The notes under the pieces were generated by a model. It searched no databases. It was not told the origin of the DNA and worked only from the letters and a program-made list of their open reading frames with translations. Position numbers and translations under genes: made by a program. Below are positions 9,585 through 19,785 of a stretch of 64,000 nt of DNA, one piece after another. Origin of the DNA: an uncultured Alphaproteobacteria bacterium (GTDB taxonomy: Bacteria > Pseudomonadota > Alphaproteobacteria > Rhodobacterales > Rhodobacteraceae). Where the stretch lies: positions 192,451-256,450 of the forward strand of contig CALNYU010000008.1 in assembly GCA_942490805.1 (NCBI GenBank). Reading direction: 5' to 3'. Numbering within the stretch: position 1 is the stretch's first letter; the number at the start of each line of letters is the position of its first letter.

Positions 9585-10808
9585 ATGCGGATGTTTATCT
9601 CTTTTGCGGCGTTATTTTTCTCGGTCGCTCTTTTGCAACTGTCTTCGGGCGGCGTGGGTCCGCTGGATGCACTGACGGGGATCGAGCTTGGATTTTCGCA
9701 AGCGGAGGTCGGCTTTCTTGGCTCGGCGCATTTCGTGGGGTTTTTCATCGGGTGCTGGTGGGCACCGCGCCTGATGGGCAGCGTCGGGCACAGCCGCGCC
9801 TTTGCCACCTTCACCGCGATGGGTGCGATCGGGCTGGCCGCCCATGTGATCGTCGCTGATCCCTATTTCTGGGCCTTGTTCAGGATCGGGTCGGGGATTT
9901 GTGTGGCGGGATGCTACACAATTATCGAGGCGTGGTTGCAGGCCAAAGTCACCAATGAAACGCGCGGCCGCGCGATCGGCAGCTACCGTGTCGCCGACAC
10001 AGGCGCATCCTTCGTGGCGCAATTCATGATCGGGGCGTTGGCGAATATTGAAACCTATATCGCCTACAATATCCTGACGATCCTGTGTTGCGCATCATTG
10101 CTGCCCTTGGCGCTGACCCGTGTCGAACAACCCCCAACACCCAGCGCCACGCGGTTGCGCCCTGCCCTCGCTTGGGCCTGTTCCCCGCTGGGTGTAGCTG
10201 CCGTTCTGGTGGCGGCCCTGTCCAGCGCGTCCTTTCGCATGGTCGGGCCTCTCTACGGTCAAGAAGTCGGCCTGAACCCCAATCAGATCGGCTCTTTTCT
10301 GGCGGCTTTCGTCGCGGGCGGGGCGATTGCGCAGTATCCTGTGGGCTGGCTGGCAGACAAATACGACCGGCGCTGGATGATGATCTGGCTGTCGGTCGCT
10401 GCGGTCTTTGCTTGCGCCTTTACCGTCACCACAGCAGGCCAAGGCACAACGATCATCATGACCGCCGCTTTCATCTTTGGTCTGACAACCTTTCCGATCT
10501 ATTCGGTCGCCACCGCCCACGCGCACGATTTTGCCACCTCGGATCAGCGGGTCGAGCTATCTGCGGCCCTGATGTTCTTTTATGCCGTCGGCGCAATTGC
10601 CGCCCCTTATACGACATCGGTCTTGATTGGCCTCTACGGGCCGGGGGCGCTTTTTTACTTTATCTCGGCGGGTCATATCCTGCTGATTGTCTTCGGCCTC
10701 GGGCGGATGCGCGTGCGCCGTGCCCCAAAGCAACGCACCCGCTATATCTATGCCCCGCGCACAACCTTCGGGATCGGGCGGCTTTTGGGCCGTAACCGCG
10801 ACCGCTAG
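9585..10808 (+). CDS. MFS transporter (YcaD-like)
   Basis: 12 TMs, GWLADKYDRR motif. Confidence 0.85.
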   Translation: MRMFISFAALFFSVALLQLSSGGVGPLDALTGIELGFSQAEVGFLGSAHFVGFFIGCWWAPRLMGSVGHSRAFATFTAMGAIGLAAHVIVADPYFWALFRIGSGICVAGCYTIIEAWLQAKVTNETRGRAIGSYRVADTGASFVAQFMIGALANIETYIAYNILTILCCASLLPLALTRVEQPPTPSATRLRPALAWACSPLGVAAVLVAALSSASFRMVGPLYGQEVGLNPNQIGSFLAAFVAGGAIAQYPVGWLADKYDRRWMMIWLSVAAVFACAFTVTTAGQGTTIIMTAAFIFGLTTFPIYSVATAHAHDFATSDQRVELSAALMFFYAVGAIAAPYTTSVLIGLYGPGALFYFISAGHILLIVFGLGRMRVRRAPKQRTRYIYAPRTTFGIGRLLGRNRDR

Positions 10809-10875
10809 GGTCAGAACGTCTGGCACTTGGCCGCATGGCCCGCTACATAGGCGCAAACGCTGAAGGACACATCGC

Positions 10876-12597
10876 ATGGCCCGCCATCTGATCACATCTG
10901 CCATTCCCTACATCAACGGGATCAAACACCTTGGAAACCTTGTCGGCAGCCAACTGCCTGCCGACCTATACGCCCGCTATCTGCGCCAGCGCGGACATGA
11001 GGTGCTGTTTCTGTGTGCCACCGATGAACATGGCACGCCCGCCGAACTGGCCGCTGCCAAAGCGGGCAAGCCCGTTGCTGAATACTGTGCTGAAATGCAT
11101 GATGTACAAGCACGCATCGCTGATGGGTTTCGTTTATCGTTTGATCACTTTGGCCGGTCCTCCAGCCCGCAGAACCACAAGCTGACGCAGGCCTTTGCCG
11201 CGCGGCTGGCCGAGGTGGGGCTGATCAAAGAGGTCACCGAAGAACAGGTCTATTCCGTCGCTGACGGGCGCTTCCTGCCGGATCGCTATATCGAAGGCAC
11301 CTGCCCCAACTGCGGGTTTGAAAGCGCGCGTGGCGACCAATGCGACAACTGCACCAAGCAGCTGGACCCGACCGATCTGATCAACGCCCATTCCACCATT
11401 TCGGGTTCAACCGAACTGGAAGTGCGCGAAACAAAGCACCTCTATCTGCGTCAGTCCGAATTGAAGGACGATCTGGCCGCATGGATCGACAGCAAGAAAG
11501 ACTGGCCGATCCTGACGACATCGATTGCCAAGAAGTGGCTCAATGATGGTGACGGTTTGCAAGACCGCGGCATCACCCGTGACCTTGACTGGGGTATTCC
11601 CGTTATGAAGGGCGACAAGGTCTGGCCCGGCATGGAAGGCAAGGTCTTCTACGTCTGGTTCGACGCACCCATCGAATACATCGCCTGTGCGCAGGAATGG
11701 GAAGATGCGGGTAAGGGTTCAGACTGGGCAAGCTGGTGGCGGACGGATCAAGGCGCGGATAACGTGACCTACACCCAGTTCATGGGCAAAGATAACGTGC
11801 CGTTCCACACGCTGTCCTTCCCCGCCACGCTTATGGGAACGCAAGAGCCTTGGAAGCTTGTCGATTACATCAAATCGTTCAACTATCTGAACTACGATGG
11901 CGGCCAGTTCAGCACCTCGCGCGGGCGCGGCGTGTTCATGGACCAAGCGCTTGAGCTTTTGCCGTCAGACTATTGGCGTTGGTGGCTTTTATCGCATGCG
12001 CCTGAATCGTCGGACGCGGAATTTACGTGGGAAAACTTCCAGACGGACGTGAACAAGGACCTTGCCGACGTGTTGGGCAACTTTGTAAGCCGGATCACTA
12101 AGTTTTGCCGTTCCAAATTTTCCGAAGCCGTCCCCGAAGGTGGCACCTATGGCCCCGCCGAAGAGCAGTTAATCACTGACCTGACCACCCGCATCCGCGC
12201 CTATGAAGGCCATATGGACGCGATGGAAGTGCGCAAGTCTGCCGCCGAATTGCGCGCGATCTGGGTGCTGGGCAATGAATACCTGCAGGCCAACGCGCCA
12301 TGGACGACGTTTAAAACAGATCCCGAAACTGCCGCCATGCAGGTCCGCCTCGCGCTGAACCTGATCCGGATTTACGCGGTGCTTTCGGCGGCGTTCATCC
12401 CCGACGCATCCAAGACCATGATCGACGCGATGCAAACGGATGATGACAGCTGGCCGACAGATGTCGCCGCCGCTTTGCAGGCGCTGCCTGCTGGCCACGC
12501 CTTCACTGTGCCCGAAAACCTGTTCCGCAAGATCACGGATGAGGAACGCGAGGAATGGGCGGCGCGCTTTGCAGGCACACGCGACGCAGGAGAGTAA
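10876..12597 (+). CDS. metG: Methionine--tRNA ligase
   Basis: [15 protein letters not shown]-like motif, zinc knuckle [23 protein letters not shown]. Confidence 0.97.
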   Translation: MARHLITSAIPYINGIKHLGNLVGSQLPADLYARYLRQRGHEVLFLCATDEHGTPAELAAAKAGKPVAEYCAEMHDVQARIADGFRLSFDHFGRSSSPQNHKLTQAFAARLAEVGLIKEVTEEQVYSVADGRFLPDRYIEGTCPNCGFESARGDQCDNCTKQLDPTDLINAHSTISGSTELEVRETKHLYLRQSELKDDLAAWIDSKKDWPILTTSIAKKWLNDGDGLQDRGITRDLDWGIPVMKGDKVWPGMEGKVFYVWFDAPIEYIACAQEWEDAGKGSDWASWWRTDQGADNVTYTQFMGKDNVPFHTLSFPATLMGTQEPWKLVDYIKSFNYLNYDGGQFSTSRGRGVFMDQALELLPSDYWRWWLLSHAPESSDAEFTWENFQTDVNKDLADVLGNFVSRITKFCRSKFSEAVPEGGTYGPAEEQLITDLTTRIRAYEGHMDAMEVRKSAAELRAIWVLGNEYLQANAPWTTFKTDPETAAMQVRLALNLIRIYAVLSAAFIPDASKTMIDAMQTDDDSWPTDVAAALQALPAGHAFTVPENLFRKITDEEREEWAARFAGTRDAGE

Positions 12598-12600
12598 GCC

Positions 12601-13308
12601 ATGATCATCGGCCACATTGGCGCGCGCGCAGGCAGCAAGGGCGTTCCGAACAAGAACTTTCGCATGCTGCACGGCAAGCCCCTGCTGGACTGGTCGCTTG
12701 ATCAACTACTGGAAAGCGACCGCGTGGATCATGTGGTCGTCTCGACGGACAGTCAGGAAATGTATGAACACAGCCTGAAACGCGGCTGTCTCGACATCGG
12801 TTTGCGCCCTGCGCATCTGGCCACGGATACGGCAGGCAAATGGGATGTGTGGAAACACGCGCTCGGTGAGGTCGAGAAACAAACCGGCCCCGCATCGGCG
12901 TTCCTTGACCTTGACTGCACCTCGCCCCTGCGGCCCGACAGCGCGATCCCCGAGGCGCTTGATCTGTTCTTCGCCGAGGCCCCCGACATGGTCATGTCCT
13001 GCTGCGAGGCGCGCAAGAACCCCTATTTCAATCTGGTCGAACCCGATGAAACAGGCGCATTGCATGTCAGCAAACCCCTGCCCGGCGGCGTCGTGGCACG
13101 CCAGCAGGCCCCTGCAGTTTATGAACACGCGGCATCCACTTATGTTGTCGCCCCGGATTATCTGCGCCGCGCTTCAAGCCTCTTTGAAGGACGCGTCATT
13201 CCCTACATGATGGCCCCCGAAACCTGTGTCGACATCGACAGCCCTTTTGATTTCCGGCTGGTCGATTTCCTGATGGGCGAACAATTGAAGGACCGCAACG
13301 ATGCATGA
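12601..13308 (+). CDS. neuA: Acylneuraminate (nonulosonate) cytidylyltransferase
   Basis: ARAGSKGVPNKN, VVVSTD, TSPLR, DIDSPFDF. Confidence 0.9.
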   Translation: MIIGHIGARAGSKGVPNKNFRMLHGKPLLDWSLDQLLESDRVDHVVVSTDSQEMYEHSLKRGCLDIGLRPAHLATDTAGKWDVWKHALGEVEKQTGPASAFLDLDCTSPLRPDSAIPEALDLFFAEAPDMVMSCCEARKNPYFNLVEPDETGALHVSKPLPGGVVARQQAPAVYEHAASTYVVAPDYLRRASSLFEGRVIPYMMAPETCVDIDSPFDFRLVDFLMGEQLKDRNDA

Positions 13309-14092
13309 TCAACTCAAAGACAAGACCATCTTTATCACCGGTTCCGGCGGCGTTTTGGGCAGCACCTATGTGCGCCGGATGCTGGCCGCCGGTGCGCGGG
13401 TCGTGGCATCGGACCTGAAAGGGCACCGCGCCGATGCTTTGGTGGAAAACCACGGCGACAACCCCAATTTCCGCTTCTACGATCTGGATGTGGGCCAAGA
13501 GGACGAAGTCGTCGCGATCTTCCAGCGCATCATGGCCGATGGCTGGGAACCCAATGTCGTGCTGAACAACGCCGCCATCACGGGTGAGCTGTTGATGGGT
13601 GCAGGCAAGGCGTTTCCTGATTTCGCCAACACCAGCGTTGAGGATTGGGAGAAAACCCTGCGCACCAACATGACAGGCGCTTTCATGATCGCCCGCCAGA
13701 TGGACCGCGATATCGTGGGGCGTTATCCCGCGACGCTGATCAACGTGGCCTCAATGTACGCGCTGAACGGACCACACCACCAGATCTACGAGGACATGCC
13801 GTTCAAATCCTTCTCGGCCTATTCGGCGACCAAGGCGGGTATTCATGGCCTTACGCTCTGGCTTGCTGGCTATTGGGCCAAGCGTGACGCGACCGTCAAC
13901 ACCATCGCTCCGGGAGCGGTCTTCAACGGCCATTCCGACGAATTCCAGCGCCGCGTGGGTGAGTTGATCATGGCAGGTCGCATGGCCGCACCGGATGAAA
14001 TCGCGGACGCGATGTTGTTCCTGTGTTCATCGCAGTCAGGCTATATGACCGGCCAGTTGGTCAACGTCGATGGCGGCTTTAGCGGATGGTAG
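13301..14092 (+). CDS. SDR oxidoreductase (PtmA-like)
   Basis: TGSGGVLG, NNAA, ASMY, YSATKAG, VDGG. Confidence 0.88.
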   Translation: MHDQLKDKTIFITGSGGVLGSTYVRRMLAAGARVVASDLKGHRADALVENHGDNPNFRFYDLDVGQEDEVVAIFQRIMADGWEPNVVLNNAAITGELLMGAGKAFPDFANTSVEDWEKTLRTNMTGAFMIARQMDRDIVGRYPATLINVASMYALNGPHHQIYEDMPFKSFSAYSATKAGIHGLTLWLAGYWAKRDATVNTIAPGAVFNGHSDEFQRRVGELIMAGRMAAPDEIADAMLFLCSSQSGYMTGQLVNVDGGFSGW

Positions 14093-15018
14093 CCGATGTC
14101 TTTCTGGTCATCGGTGCAGGCTCGATCGGGCAGCGTCATGCCCGCAATCTGGCCGCACTTGGCCAGAAGGTTGATCTGATCCCGTATCGCGATTTTGACG
14201 CAGATGCCGTGGCCAAGCGCACCGATGTTGCAGGCGTCATCATCGCCACAGCAACCCCGATCCGCCTGTCGCTGATCGCACTTTGTGCGGCGCAAGACTG
14301 GCCCTTCTACGTCGAAAAACCCCTCGGCTGGACCAAAGAGCAGATCGCCGACATCTACACCACCGCCGCACCCGTCGCGGACCGTTCAATGGTTGGCTTC
14401 ATGATGCGCTATCACCCCGCAGTGCGCGCGCTGGCCGCCCTTGATCTTTCGGATATCTACAGTTTCGCCTTCGAGATCGGCCATGACGTGCGGCAATGGC
14501 GCGCAAACTGGTCGTTCGCGCAAAGCTACGCCTCGAACGCGGCGGGCGGGGGTGTGCTGCTGGACCTGTGCCATGAATTGGACATTGCACATTGCCTGTT
14601 CCCGCAGGCCACAGTCACCGGTGCCGCCAGTCTGGATCACCCCGATTTTGCAGGCGTCGATTTCGCCACACGCATTAGCCTTGCCGCACCTTTGGGCAGC
14701 GTGGCGATGGACTATCTGTCCCCCGTCAGCCTGCGCAAAGGGCAGTTGCGCGGCACGGGGCAGGTCATTGATCTGGACCTGCTGGCACCCGCATTTACCC
14801 GCGATGATGGCACGGGGCCGCAGACCAGGACATTCGATTTTGACCGCAATGATATGTTCTTGGCAGTCATGGCCGATTTCATCGCACTCGCGACCGGACA
14901 GCCCCCGTCAGATAATCCGCTGATGCCGCGACTAAGCACCGTGCGGGCAAGTTGCGATCTGATCGCCGAGGCGTGGCAGGCACGGCAGTTCACCGGACAG
15001 GTGGACGTCGCGTTCTAG
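14086..15018 (+). CDS. Gfo/Idh/MocA family oxidoreductase
   Basis: GAGSIGQRH, YVEKP, GGGVLLDLCHELD. Confidence 0.88.
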   Translation: MVADVFLVIGAGSIGQRHARNLAALGQKVDLIPYRDFDADAVAKRTDVAGVIIATATPIRLSLIALCAAQDWPFYVEKPLGWTKEQIADIYTTAAPVADRSMVGFMMRYHPAVRALAALDLSDIYSFAFEIGHDVRQWRANWSFAQSYASNAAGGGVLLDLCHELDIAHCLFPQATVTGAASLDHPDFAGVDFATRISLAAPLGSVAMDYLSPVSLRKGQLRGTGQVIDLDLLAPAFTRDDGTGPQTRTFDFDRNDMFLAVMADFIALATGQPPSDNPLMPRLSTVRASCDLIAEAWQARQFTGQVDVAF

Positions 15019-15722
15019 CGCCAGCCTTGCCAGAATTTCAGCGCGGCCTGCTTTTTCGCAAAACTCTCGGTCAGTGCATCCCGATCATATTCCGTCTTGA
15101 TCCACTCTTCGATCGCAATGGGCGCTTGCGCATTGCGGGCCTCGTAGACGTCAAAGAAATGATCCAGAATGCCAGTCGACGTGCGCCGAATGTGCAAGTA
15201 GCGAAAGCTGAGTTGTTTGCGTGCCTCTGCGACAGGCTGTCCCTCTTTCACCATCAGATAGAGCGTTGCCACCAAACCGGTTCGGTCCGCACCTGATTTG
15301 CAATGCATCAGGAAAGGGCGCTCCATCTCATCAAAAGCCGCGATGATACTCAGAAGCCGGTCTTTCGGGGGCGCACTGCGCGCCGACAAAGACAGGTTCA
15401 CCAGCTTAAGGCCCAAGCGTTCGCAGCTTTCCTCCTCGAACAGGTAATGCGGCTGCTGCACGACACCGCGCAGGTTCAGCACGGTTTTGATCCCCATAGC
15501 GGCGTAGGCTTTGAACCGTTTGTGATCGGGGTGGTTCGAGCGGTAGACGCCTTCGCTGACTTGACCAAAATTATGCCAGAAGGTCCGCAAAATACCATGA
15601 TCCAGCCAGCGCACGTGCCAATAGGACTTCTTACGCTCATCAGGATCAGTGATGTCATGGCCGAACGACTTGCGCAAAGCGCGTTCTTTTTCGTCCAAGG
15701 CTTTGAATATCTTGCGGATCAT
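15015..15722 (-). CDS. Protein-tyrosine/dual-specificity phosphatase family protein
   Basis: HCKSGADRTG CX5R loop; GVYRSNHP, VLNLRG. Confidence 0.88.
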   Translation of the reverse strand: MIRKIFKALDEKERALRKSFGHDITDPDERKKSYWHVRWLDHGILRTFWHNFGQVSEGVYRSNHPDHKRFKAYAAMGIKTVLNLRGVVQQPHYLFEEESCERLGLKLVNLSLSARSAPPKDRLLSIIAAFDEMERPFLMHCKSGADRTGLVATLYLMVKEGQPVAEARKQLSFRYLHIRRTSTGILDHFFDVYEARNAQAPIAIEEWIKTEYDRDALTESFAKKQAALKFWQGWR

Positions 15723-15853
15723 GGGTGGCTCGGTTGCGGTTCTGCGATGTCACTTGGACCATGGTCGCCCACATTGCAATGGGAAGGTCCCAATTGCCCC
15801 CCAAGGTGAAACCCCATAAACACGCATCAACAGCAGATGCAGGAGACCACACC

Positions 15854-16885
15854 ATGGACATCGCAGGCCGCAAAATCGGACCCGAACACCCCCCCCTTGT
15901 GATTGCCGAGATCGGCATCAACCACGGTGGTGATCTGGCTGTGGCCAAAGAAATGGTGCGTCTTGCGGCCGGTGCAGGATGCGAGATGGTCAAGCATCAG
16001 ACCCACATCATCGAAGACGAAATGACCGAAGAGGCCAAGCAGATCTTCCCCCCCAACGCCGATGTGTCGATCTGGGAGGTTATGGAGGCCTGTGCGCTCT
16101 CGCTAGAAGATGAAGCGGAGTTGAAGCGCTACACCGAGAGCCTCGGGATGATCTGGATTTCGACGCCGTTTTCGCGGGCCGCTGCAGATTTTCTGAATGA
16201 CCTCGATGTGCCGGCCTTCAAGATCGGATCGGGTGAAGCAGACAACCTGCCCCTGATCCGCCATATCGCGCGGATGGGCAAACCGGTGATCATGTCCACG
16301 GGCATGCAAAGCATCGAAAGCGTCCGCGCCTCGGTTGCGATTTTGGATGAGGCGGGGATTGAATACGCGCTGCTGGAATGCACCAATCTTTACCCCTCCC
16401 CTCCCGAAATTGTCTCGCTGCAGGGCGTCACTGATCTGCGCAACGCCTTTCCAAACGCGGTCGTCGGTTTCTCGGACCATTCCATCGGCCCTGATATGGC
16501 CTTGGCGTCCGTGGCGCTGGGGGCCTGCATTCTGGAACGGCACTACACCGATACGCGCTATCGCAAAGGGCCCGATATCATCAACTCTATGGACCCCGCC
16601 GAGTTGCGTTATCTGATCGATCGATCACGCGAAATTCACATCGCACTACACAACCCCAAACAGCGCACCAGCGCCGAGGAAGACGTCTATCGCTTCGCCC
16701 GCGCATCCGTGGTCGCCGACCGCGATCTGCCTGCGGGTCATGTGATCACCGAGGCCGACATCTGGGCCCGCCGCCCCGGTTCGGGCGAAATTGCGGGGTT
16801 CGATTTTGACAAGGTCGTGGGCAAGACACTGACCCGCGCTGTGGTGCGCAATACCCAGTTGAAATGGGCGGATCTGGATGGCTAA
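15854..16885 (+). CDS. neuB: N-acetylneuraminate (nonulosonate) synthase
   Basis: IAEIGINHGG, STPFS, KIGSGE, GFSDHS, LERH, C-terminal SAF/antifreeze-like domain. Confidence 0.93.
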   Translation: MDIAGRKIGPEHPPLVIAEIGINHGGDLAVAKEMVRLAAGAGCEMVKHQTHIIEDEMTEEAKQIFPPNADVSIWEVMEACALSLEDEAELKRYTESLGMIWISTPFSRAAADFLNDLDVPAFKIGSGEADNLPLIRHIARMGKPVIMSTGMQSIESVRASVAILDEAGIEYALLECTNLYPSPPEIVSLQGVTDLRNAFPNAVVGFSDHSIGPDMALASVALGACILERHYTDTRYRKGPDIINSMDPAELRYLIDRSREIHIALHNPKQRTSAEEDVYRFARASVVADRDLPAGHVITEADIWARRPGSGEIAGFDFDKVVGKTLTRAVVRNTQLKWADLDG

Positions 16886-18026
16886 GCCATTCACCTTTGT
16901 CTGCCTTGATCCGCGCAAACAAAAGCGCGCGGATATCGCGGGCTTGCTGGGGCCGGTCGGAACCATGCAGTGGATACGGTTGCCCAAGATGAGCCTGCGC
17001 AATTGGCCGCAGACCAAAGAGCGTGCCGAAACCGCCCTTATGGCGGCGCGGTATATTCCCGCACAGGGCCTGAAACGCAGCTTATGGTCGTGGGTTTTGC
17101 AAAAGCAATACAACGGCATGCGCCAGTATTTCGAAGCACATCCAACCCACGTCGCCGTGGCGTGGAACGGTCTGAACGGATCGCGCAGGGTCTTTATCGA
17201 TGCGGCCAAAGATGCTGGTGCCAAAACCCTGTCATTCGAACTCGGCCCCTTTCCAGGGCGCATCACGGTGGACCCCAAAGGCGTGAATTTCGCCAATGCC
17301 CTGCCACGTGACGCCGCACCCTACCTTGACTGGTTGCGCCAAAGCGATATCGACCCCGAAGGCTGGCGCGCTTTGGGCGCAAAGATCAAACAACGCACAC
17401 CGATCGCGCCACCTGCGCAGGCCGGGGCACTGCCGCCATTGACCGACCCCTTTGTCTTCGCCCCCCTTCAAGTCCCCGGCGACAGCCAGTTGCGCCTTTT
17501 TGGCGGTAATTTCCGCACCGTCGAAAGCTTTGTCCAAGCCTTGACGGAAGCGGCCCGCCACCTGCCCGATGGCTGGCATTTGCGCGTGAAAGAGCACCCC
17601 AGCATCCCCGCTTTTGTCAGTGACCTACTGCGCAACGTGGACGCGCCGATCTATCTGGATAACGCGACAGACACCTTTGCTCAGGTCGCCGCCAGCCGCG
17701 GCGTGATCACGATCAATTCCTCGGTCGGGTTGGAATCGATGTTTTTTGACAAACCCGTGGTGGCCTGCGGGCAATGCTTTTGGGCCATCCCCGGCATGGC
17801 CGAAACAGCGCCCGACCAAGCCGCACTGAACACCACCGTGGCGCGCGCCGACACGTGGCAATTTGACATGGACACACGCAACGCCGTGATGAGCTTTCTT
17901 GATCAGGTCTATTATCCGGAACGTCGGCCGAACGAAACAAAGGCCGCAAGTGCCACAATCCTCGACCGATTGAACGGCACCGGGCCTTTTGAAAACATAT
18001 CACACACACCGAAGGTATCGGAATGA
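16878..18026 (+). CDS. Capsule biosynthesis protein, KpsS/KpsC-like CMP-ulosonate transferase
   Basis: PLQVPGDSQL, VKEHP, TINSSVGLE motifs. Confidence 0.78.
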   Translation: MAKPFTFVCLDPRKQKRADIAGLLGPVGTMQWIRLPKMSLRNWPQTKERAETALMAARYIPAQGLKRSLWSWVLQKQYNGMRQYFEAHPTHVAVAWNGLNGSRRVFIDAAKDAGAKTLSFELGPFPGRITVDPKGVNFANALPRDAAPYLDWLRQSDIDPEGWRALGAKIKQRTPIAPPAQAGALPPLTDPFVFAPLQVPGDSQLRLFGGNFRTVESFVQALTEAARHLPDGWHLRVKEHPSIPAFVSDLLRNVDAPIYLDNATDTFAQVAASRGVITINSSVGLESMFFDKPVVACGQCFWAIPGMAETAPDQAALNTTVARADTWQFDMDTRNAVMSFLDQVYYPERRPNETKAASATILDRLNGTGPFENISHTPKVSE

Positions 18027-18949
18027 TCTGGCCATTTCGCAGACCCGCACCTTCACGCGCAAGCCGCATTGCTATTCGGCCGCCTGCGCCAGTCGCCGAC
18101 CGCACAGGTCTTGCGCTTGTCATAATCGCCCGGAATGAAGCGCCACGCATTGGTGATTGGCTCGCGTTTCACGCGATTGCAGGCGTTAGCCATGTTTATC
18201 TTTATGATCATGGATCAACTGACCAAACGGCACAGATCGCACGTGATTTCACAGGATGCCCTGTGACCGTAATTCCATGGCAGCTGGACACCTCAGAAGC
18301 CAAGACCGGCATGATCCTGCCGCGCCAAATTTTGGCATATGCCCATGCTCTTTGTACTTTTGGCGGTGCCTATCGCTATATGGGTTTCACCGATACAGAC
18401 GAATACCTTGTCCCGCGCAATGCAGCATCGCTGCCCGAAGCTCTGGCAGGTATCAATAGCCCAAACATTTCGCTGCCTTGGACAATGTTTGGGCATAGCG
18501 GGCACGACGTAGCACCACATGACGCCGTGCCCTTCGCCTTTCAACAACGCGCAGCGCAGGCGACTGGACCTCTGTTGAATTTCAAATGCATTGTGGACCC
18601 TTGTGATGTGACCCAAGTCAGCACGCATAAGTTTCAGACAGCGTCACTGGGGAATTCCAGCAGCAATACCTTGGGGCACACAGCGCCAAACACTGCCCGG
18701 TCAGGGGCGTTTGTCACACAAGAAGTCATTCAGCTAAACCATTACTACTTGATGTCGCGCCAGCAAATGCAGGCCAAACTTGATGGGCCAGCAGTATCAG
18801 GATCAGCAAAAGACCAACGCGCTGCTGCTGTGCTGCGCAAAGCGGCCCTCATCGAAGAGGCCCCGGTCACCGATACCGTCGCCATCGACTTTCTTGCGCG
18901 GCACGGTATTACCACCTCTGATCAACTTCGAGCGCAGTTCGGCCAGTGA
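18023..18949 (+). CDS. Glycosyltransferase family 92-like protein
   Basis: IARNEAPRIGDWLAFH..GV..YLYDHGSTD, DTDEY, LNHY. Confidence 0.8.
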   Translation: MIWPFRRPAPSRASRIAIRPPAPVADRTGLALVIIARNEAPRIGDWLAFHAIAGVSHVYLYDHGSTDQTAQIARDFTGCPVTVIPWQLDTSEAKTGMILPRQILAYAHALCTFGGAYRYMGFTDTDEYLVPRNAASLPEALAGINSPNISLPWTMFGHSGHDVAPHDAVPFAFQQRAAQATGPLLNFKCIVDPCDVTQVSTHKFQTASLGNSSSNTLGHTAPNTARSGAFVTQEVIQLNHYYLMSRQQMQAKLDGPAVSGSAKDQRAAAVLRKAALIEEAPVTDTVAIDFLARHGITTSDQLRAQFGQ

Positions 18950-18967
18950 GCCCCAAAAGGAACGTAT

Positions 18968-19723
18968 ATGAAACTACATTTCCAGCACCTGCGCCGCACA
19001 AACAACATTGGCGACCACGCCTGTTCGCCCTTTGACTACTTCGATTGGGGCGATGCAACCGTGTCGGACCTGCGCGACGACGACACACCTGACTATGACG
19101 TCGGAATCTACGGCGGTGGCAAAATACTCCGCGGAATCGCCACTTATGCGGGGGTACGCCGCCCCAAAGGGGCAATCAACATCGCGTGGGGTGTTGGCAC
19201 AGTACAATCATTTCCAATTTCGCTACGTTATATGCAAGCACGACGCCGAATGGATATGATCGGATCGCGTGACTACGGCGACACCCGCTATACATATGCG
19301 CCCTGTGCAAGCTGCATGTCACCGCTGTTTGATGCACCTGCGGAACCAGAACATGATGTGGTCTTTTATGCGCATGCGGGAAAGACCGCCAAGATGGGCA
19401 TCGATATTCCAAAGGATATGCCAACAGCAGACAATAACACTGGATCGCTGGAAGAAGCTCTGGGATTCATCGCCAGCGGTAAAACTGTGGTCTCGAATTC
19501 CTATCATGGCGTGTATTGGGGGCTTTTGATGGGGCGACGCGTGCTGTGTCTGCCGTTCTCTAACAAATTCGGCGGCTATCGCCTACCGCCCCACTATGCA
19601 AAGGCCAACAACTGGCAATCCGAAATTAAAAATGCTGTTGCCCAACCACAGATGCTAGGGCTTGTCCGCAGAGCGACGCAGGACTTTAAAGCGCGGGTCG
19701 ACGAAAAGATCGCATCGCTCTGA
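18968..19723 (+). CDS. Polysaccharide pyruvyl-transferase-like protein
   Basis: NIGD, YGGG, GSRD, VVSNSYHG motifs. Confidence 0.6.
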   Translation: MKLHFQHLRRTNNIGDHACSPFDYFDWGDATVSDLRDDDTPDYDVGIYGGGKILRGIATYAGVRRPKGAINIAWGVGTVQSFPISLRYMQARRRMDMIGSRDYGDTRYTYAPCASCMSPLFDAPAEPEHDVVFYAHAGKTAKMGIDIPKDMPTADNNTGSLEEALGFIASGKTVVSNSYHGVYWGLLMGRRVLCLPFSNKFGGYRLPPHYAKANNWQSEIKNAVAQPQMLGLVRRATQDFKARVDEKIASL

Positions 19724-19750
19724 TAGATATGGCGGCGCCGAGGTTCAATC

Positions 19751-19785
19751 TTGCATCTCTGAAAAACGGAACATAACATGAACAT
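19751..19785 (+). promoter_or_regulatory. Sigma70 promoter overlapped by an alphaproteobacterial LexA box
   Basis: TTGCAT(19751)-17 nt-TAACAT(19774); GAAC-ATAACAT-GAAC at 19769-19783; ATG at 19786 with no SD. Confidence 0.8.
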
